In this document: one piece after another, positions 27,281 to 37,017 of the stretch
How positions within the stretch are numbered: the first letter of the stretch is position 1
How the letters are laid out: the number at the start of each line of letters is the position of its first letter
Assembly: GCA_963841155.1 (NCBI GenBank)
Contig: CAWJBM010000002.1
Coordinates: 247,454 to 311,453 of the forward strand
Reading direction: 5' to 3'
Origin: an uncultured Acidimicrobiaceae bacterium
GTDB lineage: Bacteria; Actinomycetota; Acidimicrobiia; Acidimicrobiales; Bog-793
Length of the DNA: 64,000 nucleotides
Notes under the pieces: generated by a model
What the model saw: only the letters and a program-made list of their open reading frames with translations
The model's database searches: none
What the model was told of the DNA's origin: nothing
Position numbers and translations under genes: made by a program

Positions 27281-27295
27281 CATTGCGTGCCTCCT
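27281..27295 (-). promoter_or_regulatory. Orphaned Shine-Dalgarno plus duplicated ATG of the 25281..25838 gene
   Basis: The minus strand reads AGGAGG-CACGCA-ATG. The ATG belongs to the right copy of the ISL3 target duplication. Confidence 0.7.
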
Positions 27296-27562
27296 GCTTG
27301 CTTCAGGCAGTGTAGTGAGCCCCGACTTGTGGTCTTGAACCCTATCCCCAACTACGCCCCGTAGGGCTTGAGCTCGTCACGGCTGCTGGGCCTTGAACAA
27401 CGGGGCAAGGAAATCGGAGCGATATGTGCGCAGGATCGCTCTGCTCCGGCGAGTGCACCGCCGCCGTTTTGGGCGCCTCCCGACGGCGGGCTTGGCACCC
27501 ATGCCGAGCGCGATACCAATCGTTGTGTGCATCGGTTCGTCTGCATCGGTTCGGGTCGCGTC

Positions 27563-28735
27563 TCAAGTCTCGTCGGAGCGGCGCCTGACGATGTATTGCT
27601 GGAAACCCGGGATCGAGAACGCGAGCAGCCCGTGCTCGGGCGCATGAACGATACCCTTGCGGATCAGAGCGTCGCGCGTGGGCGAGACCGCAGAGAGCTC
27701 GCGATTGAGCACCCGAGCGACGCCGCCGGAACGTACTCGGTCGCCTTCGGCGTCCATGAGATCCGACATGGCGAACAGGTACGTGCGCTCGGCCTCCGTC
27801 GCGCCTTCGAAGCGGACGCCGTAGATTCCAGCTTCGATCTGGCGTTGCGCGACGGGCTCGCCTGCCACCGCGTCCGCGAGGGTGATCGTCTGGATGGCAC
27901 CGGCGCGTGCTGCCGCCTCCCAGGCCTCGAACGCGTAGAGCTGGAGGAAGTACGGATACCCAGCAGCAACAGCGACGACCTTGGCGAGCGCGTCATCGTC
28001 CCAACCCACAGCCTCTGCCGCTGCCGGCTCGAGGACGGCGACGCGCGCCTCTTGGTCGTGCAGGTTGTCCGTGGGCTCGTAGCGGAACCGCTCGGTGTAG
28101 GTCGCGGCCTTGGCGATGTAAGAGGGTAGGTGTGGCAACCCCGCGCCGATGAAGGCGAAGGGCAGCCGGTCGCGCAGGTCCTGGGCGACGTGCACGAGCG
28201 CGCCCAGGCTGGCAAGCGAGATGGCCTGCAACTCGTCGACGATGAGCGCGACGCCAAGCCCGTCCTCGCGGGCGGCGCCCGCCAGCGTGGCAAGCACCAT
28301 GGCGAGGTCGTTGTATGTCGGTACGGGCCGGTTGCTGGCTACATTGGCGCCGCTTCCGAGCACCTGTAAGCCGCCGCCGCGGCGCAGCAGCTGGCGCACG
28401 CGGCGCGTCAGCTTGGCGCCAGGGCGGAGGTGGGCGGCGAAGCGCTCGGCGACGACACCGAGCGCCTTGTCGACGGCCAGGCCGCGACGCAACTCGAGGT
28501 ACGGTGCGTACCAGCCGGCGCGGGCCAGACGATCGGCGATCTCTTTCAGCAGGACAGTCTTGCCGACGCCACGCAGGCCCAGGTAGATGAGACCGTTTGC
28601 CGCATACCCCGATTCGAGCTGGCTGCGCACGCTCTCGGCGAGAGCGAGTTGGTCGGATCGCCCGACGAGAGCGCGCGGTCGGTCGCCGGCTCCGGGCGTG
28701 TATGGATTCGGCTGGATTGCGGCTCGAGTATTCAT
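27563..28735 (-). CDS. AAA+ ATPase (Orc1/Cdc6- or archaeal-ATPase-like) with C-terminal winged-helix-like region
   Basis: LVGRSDQL....LIYLGLRGVGKTVLLKEI (Walker A), ALIVDELQ (Walker B). I chose ATG 28735 (MNTRAAIQPNPYTPG); the listed ORF starts 84 nt earlier. Confidence 0.7.
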   Translation of the reverse strand: MNTRAAIQPNPYTPGAGDRPRALVGRSDQLALAESVRSQLESGYAANGLIYLGLRGVGKTVLLKEIADRLARAGWYAPYLELRRGLAVDKALGVVAERFAAHLRPGAKLTRRVRQLLRRGGGLQVLGSGANVASNRPVPTYNDLAMVLATLAGAAREDGLGVALIVDELQAISLASLGALVHVAQDLRDRLPFAFIGAGLPHLPSYIAKAATYTERFRYEPTDNLHDQEARVAVLEPAAAEAVGWDDDALAKVVAVAAGYPYFLQLYAFEAWEAAARAGAIQTITLADAVAGEPVAQRQIEAGIYGVRFEGATEAERTYLFAMSDLMDAEGDRVRSGGVARVLNRELSAVSPTRDALIRKGIVHAPEHGLLAFSIPGFQQYIVRRRSDET

Positions 28736-28757
28736 ACGTCGATAAGTATAGCTAGTT

Positions 28758-28779
28758 CCTATACTATAGGACCTATAGG
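28758..28779. promoter_or_regulatory. AT-rich palindrome cluster upstream of the ATPase gene (operator candidate)
   Basis: CCTATA-C-TATAGG is immediately followed by A-CCTATAGG (self-complementary). It lies in an unusually AT-rich stretch, 23-44 nt upstream of ATG 28735. Confidence 0.4.
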
Positions 28780-29113
28780 CAGCAAGCGCGGTAGCAGGCG
28801 ACCTGGCTGAAGAAACCACTTAGCGGGTACCGGCGACCGCAGACCGTTCCAGCCGGGACGAAACAGCGGACCCATGTGCCATTGACTCTGTGCGCCCCAA
28901 CGTCGATCAGGTGCCGCCCAGCAGACCTTGACGGGCCTTATGGCCTCGGTGGGACCGTGACTACGGCTCACTGGACGACCTGGGCTAGATCATGCCGTCG
29001 ACACGAGGGACAAGGTCCGTTGTGGGACGGGAGGTGGAGCTACGTTGCGATGACCGACACTAGCCGGTAGCGGCGTTTAGACCTGGAGCGTCCGCGTTTG
29101 CTAGACCGAAATC

Positions 29114-30247
29114 ATGCGATTGGGAATACCGAGCGAGACAACGCCCGGCGAGCGCCGGGTCGCGCTCGTCCCCAGCGTCGTCCCAAGGATCACTGCCCTG
29201 GGCCCGAGCGTCGCCATGCAAGCCGGCGCCGGTGCCGCCTCACTGTTCGCCGACGAAGCCTACCTGGCCGCGGGCGTCACGCTGCTGGACGCCCCGACGC
29301 TGTTGAGCACATCCGGGTTCATCTGCAAGGTGCAGCCTCCGAGGTTGGAAGAGGTGGGCCTCATGAGCGAAGGCTCCGGCGTCGTGAGCTATCTCCAGCC
29401 CACTGCCGACCTCGAGCTCATCCGCGCGCTGGTGGACCACCGGATCTCCGCGTTCAGCCTCGACCTGCTGCCTCGGATAACCCGGGCGCAGTCGATGGAC
29501 GTGCTCTCGTCCCAGGCACTGGTCTCGGGCTACCGCGCAGTGCTGTTAGCAGCTGAGCAGCTCCCGAAGTTCTTCCCTCTCTACATGACCGCGGCCGGCA
29601 CGGTGCCGCCCGCCAAGGTGCTCGTGCTCGGTGCCGGCGTCGCCGGGCTGCAGGCGATCGCGACCGCACGCCGCCTCGGCGCGAACGTCCGCGCATACGA
29701 CGTCCGATCAGCAGCGCGCACGGAGGTGAAGAGCCTCGGTGCCGCTTTCGTCGAGCTTGATCTCGAGGCCCAGGAGGGTGAAGGCGGCTACGCCCGGGAG
29801 CAGTCCGAGGACTTCCTGCGCCGCCAGCGTGAGCTCATCGGCAAGGAGGTCGCTGCCGCCGACGTCGTGATCACGACCGCGGCGATCCCCGGCCGCAAGG
29901 CACCGGTGCTGGTCACCGGGGAGATGGTGCACCAGATGGCACTGGGCAGCGTCATCGTCGACCTTGCAGCCGAGACGGGCGGCAACTGCGAGCTCAGCCG
30001 CCCGGGAGAGGATCTCGATGAAGGCGGCGTCACGATCATCGGCGTGAAGAACCTCCCGAGCTCGATGCCCCTGCACGCGAGCTTCCTCTATTCCCGCAAC
30101 ATCGCCGAATTCCTGACGGTGATCGTGAAGGAGGGGGAGTTCGCCCCGGACTTCGACGACGAGATCGTCGCCGGCACGTGCGTCACCCATGCGGGCGAGG
30201 TCCGCCATGCTCCCACCCGCGAACTGCTCGAAGGAGGGACCCAATGA
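29114..30247 (+). CDS. pntAA: NAD(P) transhydrogenase subunit alpha part 1
   Basis: MRLGIPSETTPGERRVALVPSVV.., Rossmann motif VLVLGAGVAGLQAIATARRLGA. ATGA overlap with the next gene. Confidence 0.9.
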   Translation: MRLGIPSETTPGERRVALVPSVVPRITALGPSVAMQAGAGAASLFADEAYLAAGVTLLDAPTLLSTSGFICKVQPPRLEEVGLMSEGSGVVSYLQPTADLELIRALVDHRISAFSLDLLPRITRAQSMDVLSSQALVSGYRAVLLAAEQLPKFFPLYMTAAGTVPPAKVLVLGAGVAGLQAIATARRLGANVRAYDVRSAARTEVKSLGAAFVELDLEAQEGEGGYAREQSEDFLRRQRELIGKEVAAADVVITTAAIPGRKAPVLVTGEMVHQMALGSVIVDLAAETGGNCELSRPGEDLDEGGVTIIGVKNLPSSMPLHASFLYSRNIAEFLTVIVKEGEFAPDFDDEIVAGTCVTHAGEVRHAPTRELLEGGTQ

Positions 30248-30606
30248 TCGCCGTCGCAGCTGGCGGGGACATCCTCTCGCTCATCACCGTGTTCGTGCTT
30301 GCGGCCTTCGTGGGTTTCGAGGTCATCGCCAAGGTACCGAGCACGCTGCATACGCCGCTGATGTCCGGTACCAACGCGATCCACGGCGTCGTGCTCGTCG
30401 GCGCGATGCTCGTCCTCGGCACGGTGCACGGCACCGGGGAGCTGGTACTCGGGTTCGCCGCCGTGGTGCTGGCCACCTTGAACGTCGTCGGTGGCTTCGT
30501 GGTGACCGACCGGATGCTCGAGATGTTCAAGGTCCGCAAGCCGCCCAAAGTCTCGACGGAAGCGGCCGGCGCGGCCGCGCCTAGCACCGAGGGGGACCCG
30601 AAGTGA
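30244..30606 (+). CDS. pntAB: NAD(P) transhydrogenase subunit alpha part 2 (membrane)
   Basis: 120 aa, hydrophobic. ..FVGFEVIAKVPSTLHTPLMSGTNAIHGVVLVGA.. is conserved PntAB sequence. Confidence 0.85.
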   Translation: MIAVAAGGDILSLITVFVLAAFVGFEVIAKVPSTLHTPLMSGTNAIHGVVLVGAMLVLGTVHGTGELVLGFAAVVLATLNVVGGFVVTDRMLEMFKVRKPPKVSTEAAGAAAPSTEGDPK

Positions 30607-31988
30607 GCCTCGGTACGGGCATCCGCCTCGCCGACTTGATCGCGGCGATCTGCTTCATCCTCGCGCTACGCGGCCTTACGGGGCCCAAGACCGCCCGCTA
30701 CGGGAACCTCCTCGGCGCCGTTGGCATGGCCCTCGCCATTGCGATCACCTTCGCTACCAACGGCTTGCACCACTTCCTGTTGATCGCCGTAGCAATGCTC
30801 GTCGGTGCGGCCATCGCGGTACCCGCGGCACGCCTGGTCAAGATGACCGCGATGCCGCAGATGGTGGCGGCCTTCAACGGTGTCGGCGGTGGCGCGGCCG
30901 CGCTGATCGCCCTCTCCAAGTTCCTCACTGCCCCGACCGGCTCACTCGCCGTCTACCAGGTCGTCGAGGTCCTCCTCGGCGTGGTCATCGGCTGCGTCTC
31001 GTTCTCCGGAAGCTGCATCGCCTTCGCGAAGCTCCAAGAGCTCATGACCGGCAGGGCCATCACCTACCCTGGCCAGCAGGTCTGGAACGCCATCGTGGGC
31101 GTGGGCATACTCGGGCTGGCGATCACGCTTTGCGTCAGCTCAACCAGCTGGCTCATCGTGATCGTTCTCGGCCTCGCTTTGATATTCGGTGTCGCGTTCG
31201 TCCTGCCCATCGGCGGCGCGGACGTGCCCGTCCTGATCTCGTTGCTGAACTCGTTCACTGGTCTGGCTGTCGCGGCGAGCGGCTTCGTGCTCCACTCGGT
31301 CGTGCTCGTCGTTGCGGGTACCCTCGTCGGCGCCTCGGGCACGCTCCTCACCCAGAAGATGAGCCAGGCGATGGGACGCTCGCTCCCGAACATCCTGTTC
31401 AGCGCTTTCGGTTCGGTCATCACGGCCACCGGTGGCGCCGAGGGCGACACGACCCGCAGCGTCCGGTCCGCGAGCGCCGAGGATGTGGCCATCCTGCTCG
31501 CGTATGCGAACAAGGTGATCATCGTCCCCGGCTACGGGCTCGCCGTCGCCCAGGCTCAGCACACGATCCGCGAGCTTGCCGACCTGCTCGAGTCGCGTGG
31601 CGTCGAGGTCATCTACGCCATCCACCCAGTCGCGGGCCGCATGCCGGGCCACATGAATGTCCTGCTCGCGGAGGCCAACGTCCCCTACGAGCAGTTGAAG
31701 GAAATGGACGAGGCGAACCCGGAGTTCCAGTCCGCCGACGTGGCGTTGGTGGTCGGCGCCAACGACGTCGTCAACCCGGCAGCCAAGAACAACCCGGGGA
31801 GCCCCATCTACGGTATGCCGATCCTCGCCGTCGACGAAGCCCGCAACATCGTGTTCATGAAGCGCTCGATGCGCCCCGGCTTTGCCGGCATCGACAACGA
31901 ACTTCTCTTCGACCCGAAGACCACGATGTTGTTCGGTGACGCCAAGGACTCGCTGACGAAGGTCGTGGCCGCGGTCAAGGCGCTCTGA
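30603..31988 (+). CDS. pntB: NAD(P) transhydrogenase subunit beta
   Basis: 461 aa. Multi-TM N-half and NADP(H)-binding C-half ..IIVPGYGLAVAQAQH..HPVAGRMPGHMNVLLAEA..VVGANDVVNPAA.. GTGA overlap with pntAB. Confidence 0.9.
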   Translation: MSLGTGIRLADLIAAICFILALRGLTGPKTARYGNLLGAVGMALAIAITFATNGLHHFLLIAVAMLVGAAIAVPAARLVKMTAMPQMVAAFNGVGGGAAALIALSKFLTAPTGSLAVYQVVEVLLGVVIGCVSFSGSCIAFAKLQELMTGRAITYPGQQVWNAIVGVGILGLAITLCVSSTSWLIVIVLGLALIFGVAFVLPIGGADVPVLISLLNSFTGLAVAASGFVLHSVVLVVAGTLVGASGTLLTQKMSQAMGRSLPNILFSAFGSVITATGGAEGDTTRSVRSASAEDVAILLAYANKVIIVPGYGLAVAQAQHTIRELADLLESRGVEVIYAIHPVAGRMPGHMNVLLAEANVPYEQLKEMDEANPEFQSADVALVVGANDVVNPAAKNNPGSPIYGMPILAVDEARNIVFMKRSMRPGFAGIDNELLFDPKTTMLFGDAKDSLTKVVAAVKAL

Positions 31989-32269
31989 CCGTCCGCCTGT
32001 AACGGCGCCAGCCGGTGCCCGGAGAACCCACTCACCTCGACCGTCATCATCGCTACGACACCCTCAGGCACGACTGATCACGAGACTCTTTCGGTGATTT
32101 CGAGACGACCGTCCACCACACTAGACGTAGCTTGTTCGAGGCTGAGTAGTGGTGGCTCGTCTCGGGAGTGACTTGTGGCTGCCCGGCGTGGGTCGCACGG
32201 AGATTGCTGCGGCCGTCGAGCCCTCCTCTTGATCATTCGATGCATTGACTGAATCAGCCCCCAACTGTC

Positions 32270-33531
32270 ATGACCAACGTTTGCGGCAGTACCAGGCTCT
32301 CCGTTACGACCTCACATCGAGCTACTTCTAGACGGTCGCCATCGGACGTAGGGTCTTTCCCTCCCTCGTCTTCGGCTACAGCCGCGATCACCGGGGCGAC
32401 CGGCCGCAGATCATGATCGGCCTGCTCGTGACCTCCGACGGCATCCCGATCGCCCATCACGTCTTCTCGGACAACACGGCCGATGTCTTGATACCTCCGG
32501 GCGTGACGGAGTACCTGAAGTCATGCTTCGTCGTCGGCCAGATCGCCCTTGTCGCGGACCGGGGCCTCATCTCAGGAGACAACCTGGCCCTGGTCGTCGC
32601 GCACGGCTTCGACCACGTGCTGGCCACTCGCCTTCACCACGACGGCGTTAGAGCCGTGCTCGAGATGGCGAACGTGCCGAGTTCGTCGTGAGAAGCGGTC
32701 CCCGAGGCGCTGACCTTGTGTGCCGATCTCACCCATCAGGATCGGCGCTTTGTGGTCGTGTTCTCTCCCGTGCGCTGTTTCCGGGACCGGTATCGTCACC
32801 TCGCCCTGTGCGCCCGCATCGAAGACGGACTCATCGCCATCGAAGAGAGAGTTCGGGCGGGAAAGCTCGCCGACCCGGCCAACACCGGCGCCGCGGCCGA
32901 CCGTGTCCTTTCCTCCTCGCCGGTCGGGTGCTGCTTTGCCGTCACGATCCGGAAGGGCTTCTTATCCTGGGACTTCGACCAAGAAGCGCGCAGATACGAC
33001 GAGGGGCACCTGTGCGGGCGCTTTGTCATCACGGCATCGCTGACGACTTCGCAGGCCTCTGCCGCGCAGGCGCTGCGCTACTACGAGCCTGCAGTCAGTC
33101 GAACGTCGCTTCAGGGTGATGGAGGACTGCTTGTCGCTGCGGCCGATGTTCAACTGGACCAAGGCCCGGGTGCGCGGACACGTGGCACTCTGCGTGCTGG
33201 CGGCCACCATCGAGGCCGTCATGGCACAAGTCCTCGTGACGCGAAGCTGGCCGATCCAGTCCTGGCCTTGCAGTCGATGACGCCAAGGCGGGCCGTTTCG
33301 GTGTTGAAAGAGGTCCGGTTACAGCACATCTCCGCCCACGACAAGCAGATCAAGCTCGTGAACCGGCAGTGCCCTCCAGGCCAAGGTGCTCCGGGCCCTT
33401 GCCGTCGACACCTCAACCTGGTCCGAGGCCGAAATCGGCTGAGCTGGGCGAACAGGCCCCGCGTAGGGGGAACACGTATCGTCCGCGACCCCATCTACCT
33501 GGGACGACAGGAAACTCGCGCCAAACTCCGG
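32270..33531 (+). pseudogene. IS1634/IS4-like transposase remnant (copy B) with in-frame stop and frameshifts
   Basis: ..YDLTSSYF* then ..QIMIGLLVTSDGIPIAHHVFSDNTADV..ALVADRGLIS. (compare the full-length 49937..51685). The C-terminal region is readable only by switching frames. The terminus ..CGCGCCAAACTCCGG is shared with copy A. The left limit is approximate. Confidence 0.7.
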
Positions 33532-33670
33532 CCCGCGAAGCAGAAGGTCTTTCAGTCCGGGACTTTAGGCCCTACGCACGGTCACGAATCGAGCGCAACA
33601 TCAAGGTGAGCACAAATGGAGGGGAGTGACCCACGGAAGACACCCGTTGTTCGAATCGCGGAGGCGCGTT

Positions 33671-34720
33671 ATGTCGGCGTTCGTGACTGCCAGTCGTGTG
33701 GACACCGGGCAAGATTCACTGCCCGTTGTTGGTGACGACGGCTTTTTCGGTGTCCGTTTCGAGTCGATCGGCGGGCTCGGTGCCCACCTCGCCGGTCGGA
33801 TCCTCGCCGAAGCCTGTGTTTTGGGGCAGGGCTTCAATGGCGCGCACTTCTCCTCGTACGGCTCAGAGAAGAAGGGCACGCCGGTAAAGTCGTTCGTCCG
33901 TATCTGCCCGGGTGATCGGGAGGTGCGGACGAGTAGCCCGATCGAGAGCCCCCAGGTGGTTGCTGTCTTCCACGAAGCCCTGGTGGGCTCACTCGACGTT
34001 GCCGCCGGCTTGCCCGCGACAGGCACCCTGATCATGAACAGTCGTAAGACTCCGGAGGAGATTCGGGACCTGCTCGGTCTGAGCTCCGGAACGGTAGCTG
34101 TGGTCGACGCCCTCGGCATCGCGCTCGAGGAGAAGACGCGCATAAACACCGCCATGCTCGGCGCCGTCGCCCGCGCATGTCCCTTCCTCGACCCCGAGGC
34201 GATAAAGAATTCGATCCGTCAGAGCCTGTCGGCCCGGTACGCCTCCTTGGTGGAAGCCAACCTTCGCACCTTTGACCGCGGCTATAGCGAACTGCGGAGC
34301 ATCACTTGGCCTGCCGCTCCTGGCGACACCGGGCGGCCGGTACAGCGGGCCGCGCCTGCATTCGGCTACCTCGACGCGACGATCGGCGGTGCGATCCTCG
34401 ACGCGGGCAACAGCATCCGCAAGAACCTGACCACGTCGCGGCAGGGCTTCCTGCCCGATTACGACCCGGCCACGTGCGTGCACTGCGGGATCTGCGACAT
34501 CGTCTGTCCCGATCTCTGTTTCGCCTGGTCTAACGACCCCGACAACGAGCCCGCAGTGCGCCTGCTCGGCATCGATTACCACTATTGCAAGGGCTGCTTG
34601 AAGTGCGTTGACGCCTGCCCGACGGGCTCGCTCACCGAGATTCGCGAAGAAGACGGCTGGGCGGAGGAGCATCGAGTCCCGCTCTTCGCCTGGCTCGAGA
34701 CCAAGAAGGGAGCTGCGTGA
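33671..34720 (+). CDS. 2-oxoacid:ferredoxin oxidoreductase, fused gamma + delta (4Fe-4S ferredoxin) subunit
   Basis: Gamma domain: VRFESIGGLGAHLAGRILAEA..FSSYGSEKKGTPV. Delta domain: CVHCGICDIVCPD...YCKGCLKCVDACP. The start is uncertain (ATG 33671 or GTG 33626). Confidence 0.8.
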   Translation: MSAFVTASRVDTGQDSLPVVGDDGFFGVRFESIGGLGAHLAGRILAEACVLGQGFNGAHFSSYGSEKKGTPVKSFVRICPGDREVRTSSPIESPQVVAVFHEALVGSLDVAAGLPATGTLIMNSRKTPEEIRDLLGLSSGTVAVVDALGIALEEKTRINTAMLGAVARACPFLDPEAIKNSIRQSLSARYASLVEANLRTFDRGYSELRSITWPAAPGDTGRPVQRAAPAFGYLDATIGGAILDAGNSIRKNLTTSRQGFLPDYDPATCVHCGICDIVCPDLCFAWSNDPDNEPAVRLLGIDYHYCKGCLKCVDACPTGSLTEIREEDGWAEEHRVPLFAWLETKKGAA

Positions 34721-37011
34721 TGGTCGTCGCAACGCCCACACTGGAGCCGATTACCGGGTCCCGCCAGGTTGTCGGGTTTCGCACCGGCAACGAGATGGCT
34801 GCGATCTCCGCTAAGCAGATCAACTTCCACCTGATGGGGTACTTCCCGATCACCCCCTCGACAGAGGTAGCCGAACTGGTTGACGAGATGAAGGCCGCCG
34901 GCGAGCACGACATCGTGATGGTGGCCGCCGACGGCGAGCACTCAGCAGGTGGGATCTGCTTCGGGGCCGCGGCGGGAGGCGGCCGCGTCTTCAACGCGAC
35001 GAGCGCGCAGGGCCTGCTGTTCCAGCTCGAGGAGCTACCTGTGCAATCGGGGTCGCGCTATCCGATGCTGCTCGACCTCGCGACCCGGACGGTGAGCGGG
35101 CCGCTTGACATCCGTGGCGATCACTCGGACGTGTACTTCGCCTTGAACGCGGGCTGGCTGATCTTCATGGCTCGCGACCCACAGGCCGTCTACGACCTAA
35201 ACCTCATCGCCTTGCGTGTCGCCGAGCGGGCTGACGTCCGCCTACCGGCGATCGTGGCTTTCGACGGCTTCTTCACGAGCCACCAAAAGCGCCGAGTCTT
35301 CACCTTTGCGGAGGACTTCACGGTTCAGGAGTGGCTGGGCCCCGTGGCCGAGCCGGTGAAGGCACTCGACCCGCGGCATCCCGTGACGATCGGTCCGTAC
35401 ATGAACGACCCCGATCTGATCAACAACAAGTACCAGCTCGAGCGGGCCATGGACGCCGCGATGGCTGCGATCCCGGAGGTTGTCGCTGAGTACGAGGCCT
35501 TGAGCGGCCGGCGCTACGACCCGGTCGACCTCTATCGCATGGAGGACGCCGAGGTCGCCGTTCTCCTGATCAACTCGGCGGCGCAGACCGCAAAGGACGT
35601 GGTCGACCGGCTTCGCTCCCAGGGAATCCGAGCCGGTGTGCTCAGCCCCAACCTGATCCGGCCCTTCCCCGCAGACACCATCCGTGACGCCCTGCGAGGC
35701 GTAAAGGCGGTTCTCATCGGAGAGCGCGCCAGCTCCTACGGAGCACACGGCGCCAACATCACTCACGAGGTGAAGTCCGCTCTCAAGGACGACCCAGAGA
35801 ACCACACCCTCTGCCTGAGCCGCGTCTACGGTCTCGGTGGCCGTGATTTCTATGCGGAGGACGCCGAGGCGTTCTTCCGCCTCACGCTGCAAGCGGTCGA
35901 GAGTGGCACCGTCGACGTGCCGTTTGACTACTACGGCGTGGAACCGGGCGATCCCGAGAAGTCTCGGCCACTGAACGGCACGCCGCCGCTCACTCGCGAG
36001 GAGGTGACGAGCGGGCTGCTCCAGATAAGGCCACGCCCAGACGGCAGGCTGGATGTGGAAGCACCGCCCTATTGGGAGCTCGCGACCAAGCCCAAGCGAG
36101 TCACCCCGGGCCACGGCGCCTGCCCCGGCTGTGGCATATTTCCGGCGCTCGACCAGTTCCTGCGTGGTATCGAGGGCGACGTCGTCGTGCTGTACCAGAC
36201 AGGCTGCGCGATGGTCGTCAGCACCGGTTACCCATTCACGTCACACCGGGTCACGTACCTGCACAACCTGTTCCAGAACGGCGCAGCCGCGCTGAGTGGA
36301 CTCGTCGAGGTGTTCCACGAGCGGGTACGCCGCGGTGAGCTGCCCGCTGACACGGACATCACGTTCCTGATGGTCACCGGGGACGGCGGCATGGACATCG
36401 GCATGGGTGCGGCTATCGGTGCCGCACTTCGCGTGCACGGGATGATCATGATCGAGTACGACAACCAGGGTTACATGAACACGGGCAGCCAGCTCAGCTA
36501 CTCGACGCCCCTCGGACACATGACATCGACAAGTCATGTCGGTCCCGGAGAGCAGGGCAAGGCCTTCCACCACAAGGACACCCCGCAGATCATGGCGGCG
36601 ACCAACATCCCGTACGTCTTCACGGGCGTGGAGGGCTATCCGGACGATCTCGTCGCCAAGGCGGCGAAGGCCCAGTGGTACTCGCATCACGTGGGCACGG
36701 TCTACGGCAAGGTGCTGATCACCTGCCCACTCAATTGGAAGGTCGAGGACCGCGTAGGCGTCGAGATTTCACAGGCGGCAGTGGACTCCTGCTTCTTCCC
36801 TCTCTACGAGATCGAGCGCGGCGTCACTCACATCACCTACGACCCGGAGCCCATCGGGCGGCGGACGCCCGTCGCCGATTGGCTGAAGCTGATGGGGAAG
36901 ACGAAGCACCTCTGCCAGGCTGGCAACGAGGCGACGCTCGCCGCGATTGAGGCCGAGATCCAGCGTCGCTGGCTGCGGCTCAAGGCGATGAATGACAACC
37001 CTCTCCTCTGA
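34717..37011 (+). CDS. 2-oxoacid:ferredoxin oxidoreductase, fused alpha + beta (TPP-binding) subunit
   Basis: Alpha domain: YFPITPSTEVAE...GGRVFNATSAQGL. Beta domain: GHGACPGCG...VTGDGGMDIGMGAAIGA...YDNQGYMNTGSQ. ATGA-type overlap with the upstream gene. Confidence 0.85.
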   Translation: MMVVATPTLEPITGSRQVVGFRTGNEMAAISAKQINFHLMGYFPITPSTEVAELVDEMKAAGEHDIVMVAADGEHSAGGICFGAAAGGGRVFNATSAQGLLFQLEELPVQSGSRYPMLLDLATRTVSGPLDIRGDHSDVYFALNAGWLIFMARDPQAVYDLNLIALRVAERADVRLPAIVAFDGFFTSHQKRRVFTFAEDFTVQEWLGPVAEPVKALDPRHPVTIGPYMNDPDLINNKYQLERAMDAAMAAIPEVVAEYEALSGRRYDPVDLYRMEDAEVAVLLINSAAQTAKDVVDRLRSQGIRAGVLSPNLIRPFPADTIRDALRGVKAVLIGERASSYGAHGANITHEVKSALKDDPENHTLCLSRVYGLGGRDFYAEDAEAFFRLTLQAVESGTVDVPFDYYGVEPGDPEKSRPLNGTPPLTREEVTSGLLQIRPRPDGRLDVEAPPYWELATKPKRVTPGHGACPGCGIFPALDQFLRGIEGDVVVLYQTGCAMVVSTGYPFTSHRVTYLHNLFQNGAAALSGLVEVFHERVRRGELPADTDITFLMVTGDGGMDIGMGAAIGAALRVHGMIMIEYDNQGYMNTGSQLSYSTPLGHMTSTSHVGPGEQGKAFHHKDTPQIMAATNIPYVFTGVEGYPDDLVAKAAKAQWYSHHVGTVYGKVLITCPLNWKVEDRVGVEISQAAVDSCFFPLYEIERGVTHITYDPEPIGRRTPVADWLKLMGKTKHLCQAGNEATLAAIEAEIQRRWLRLKAMNDNPLL

Positions 37012-37017
37012 AAATGG

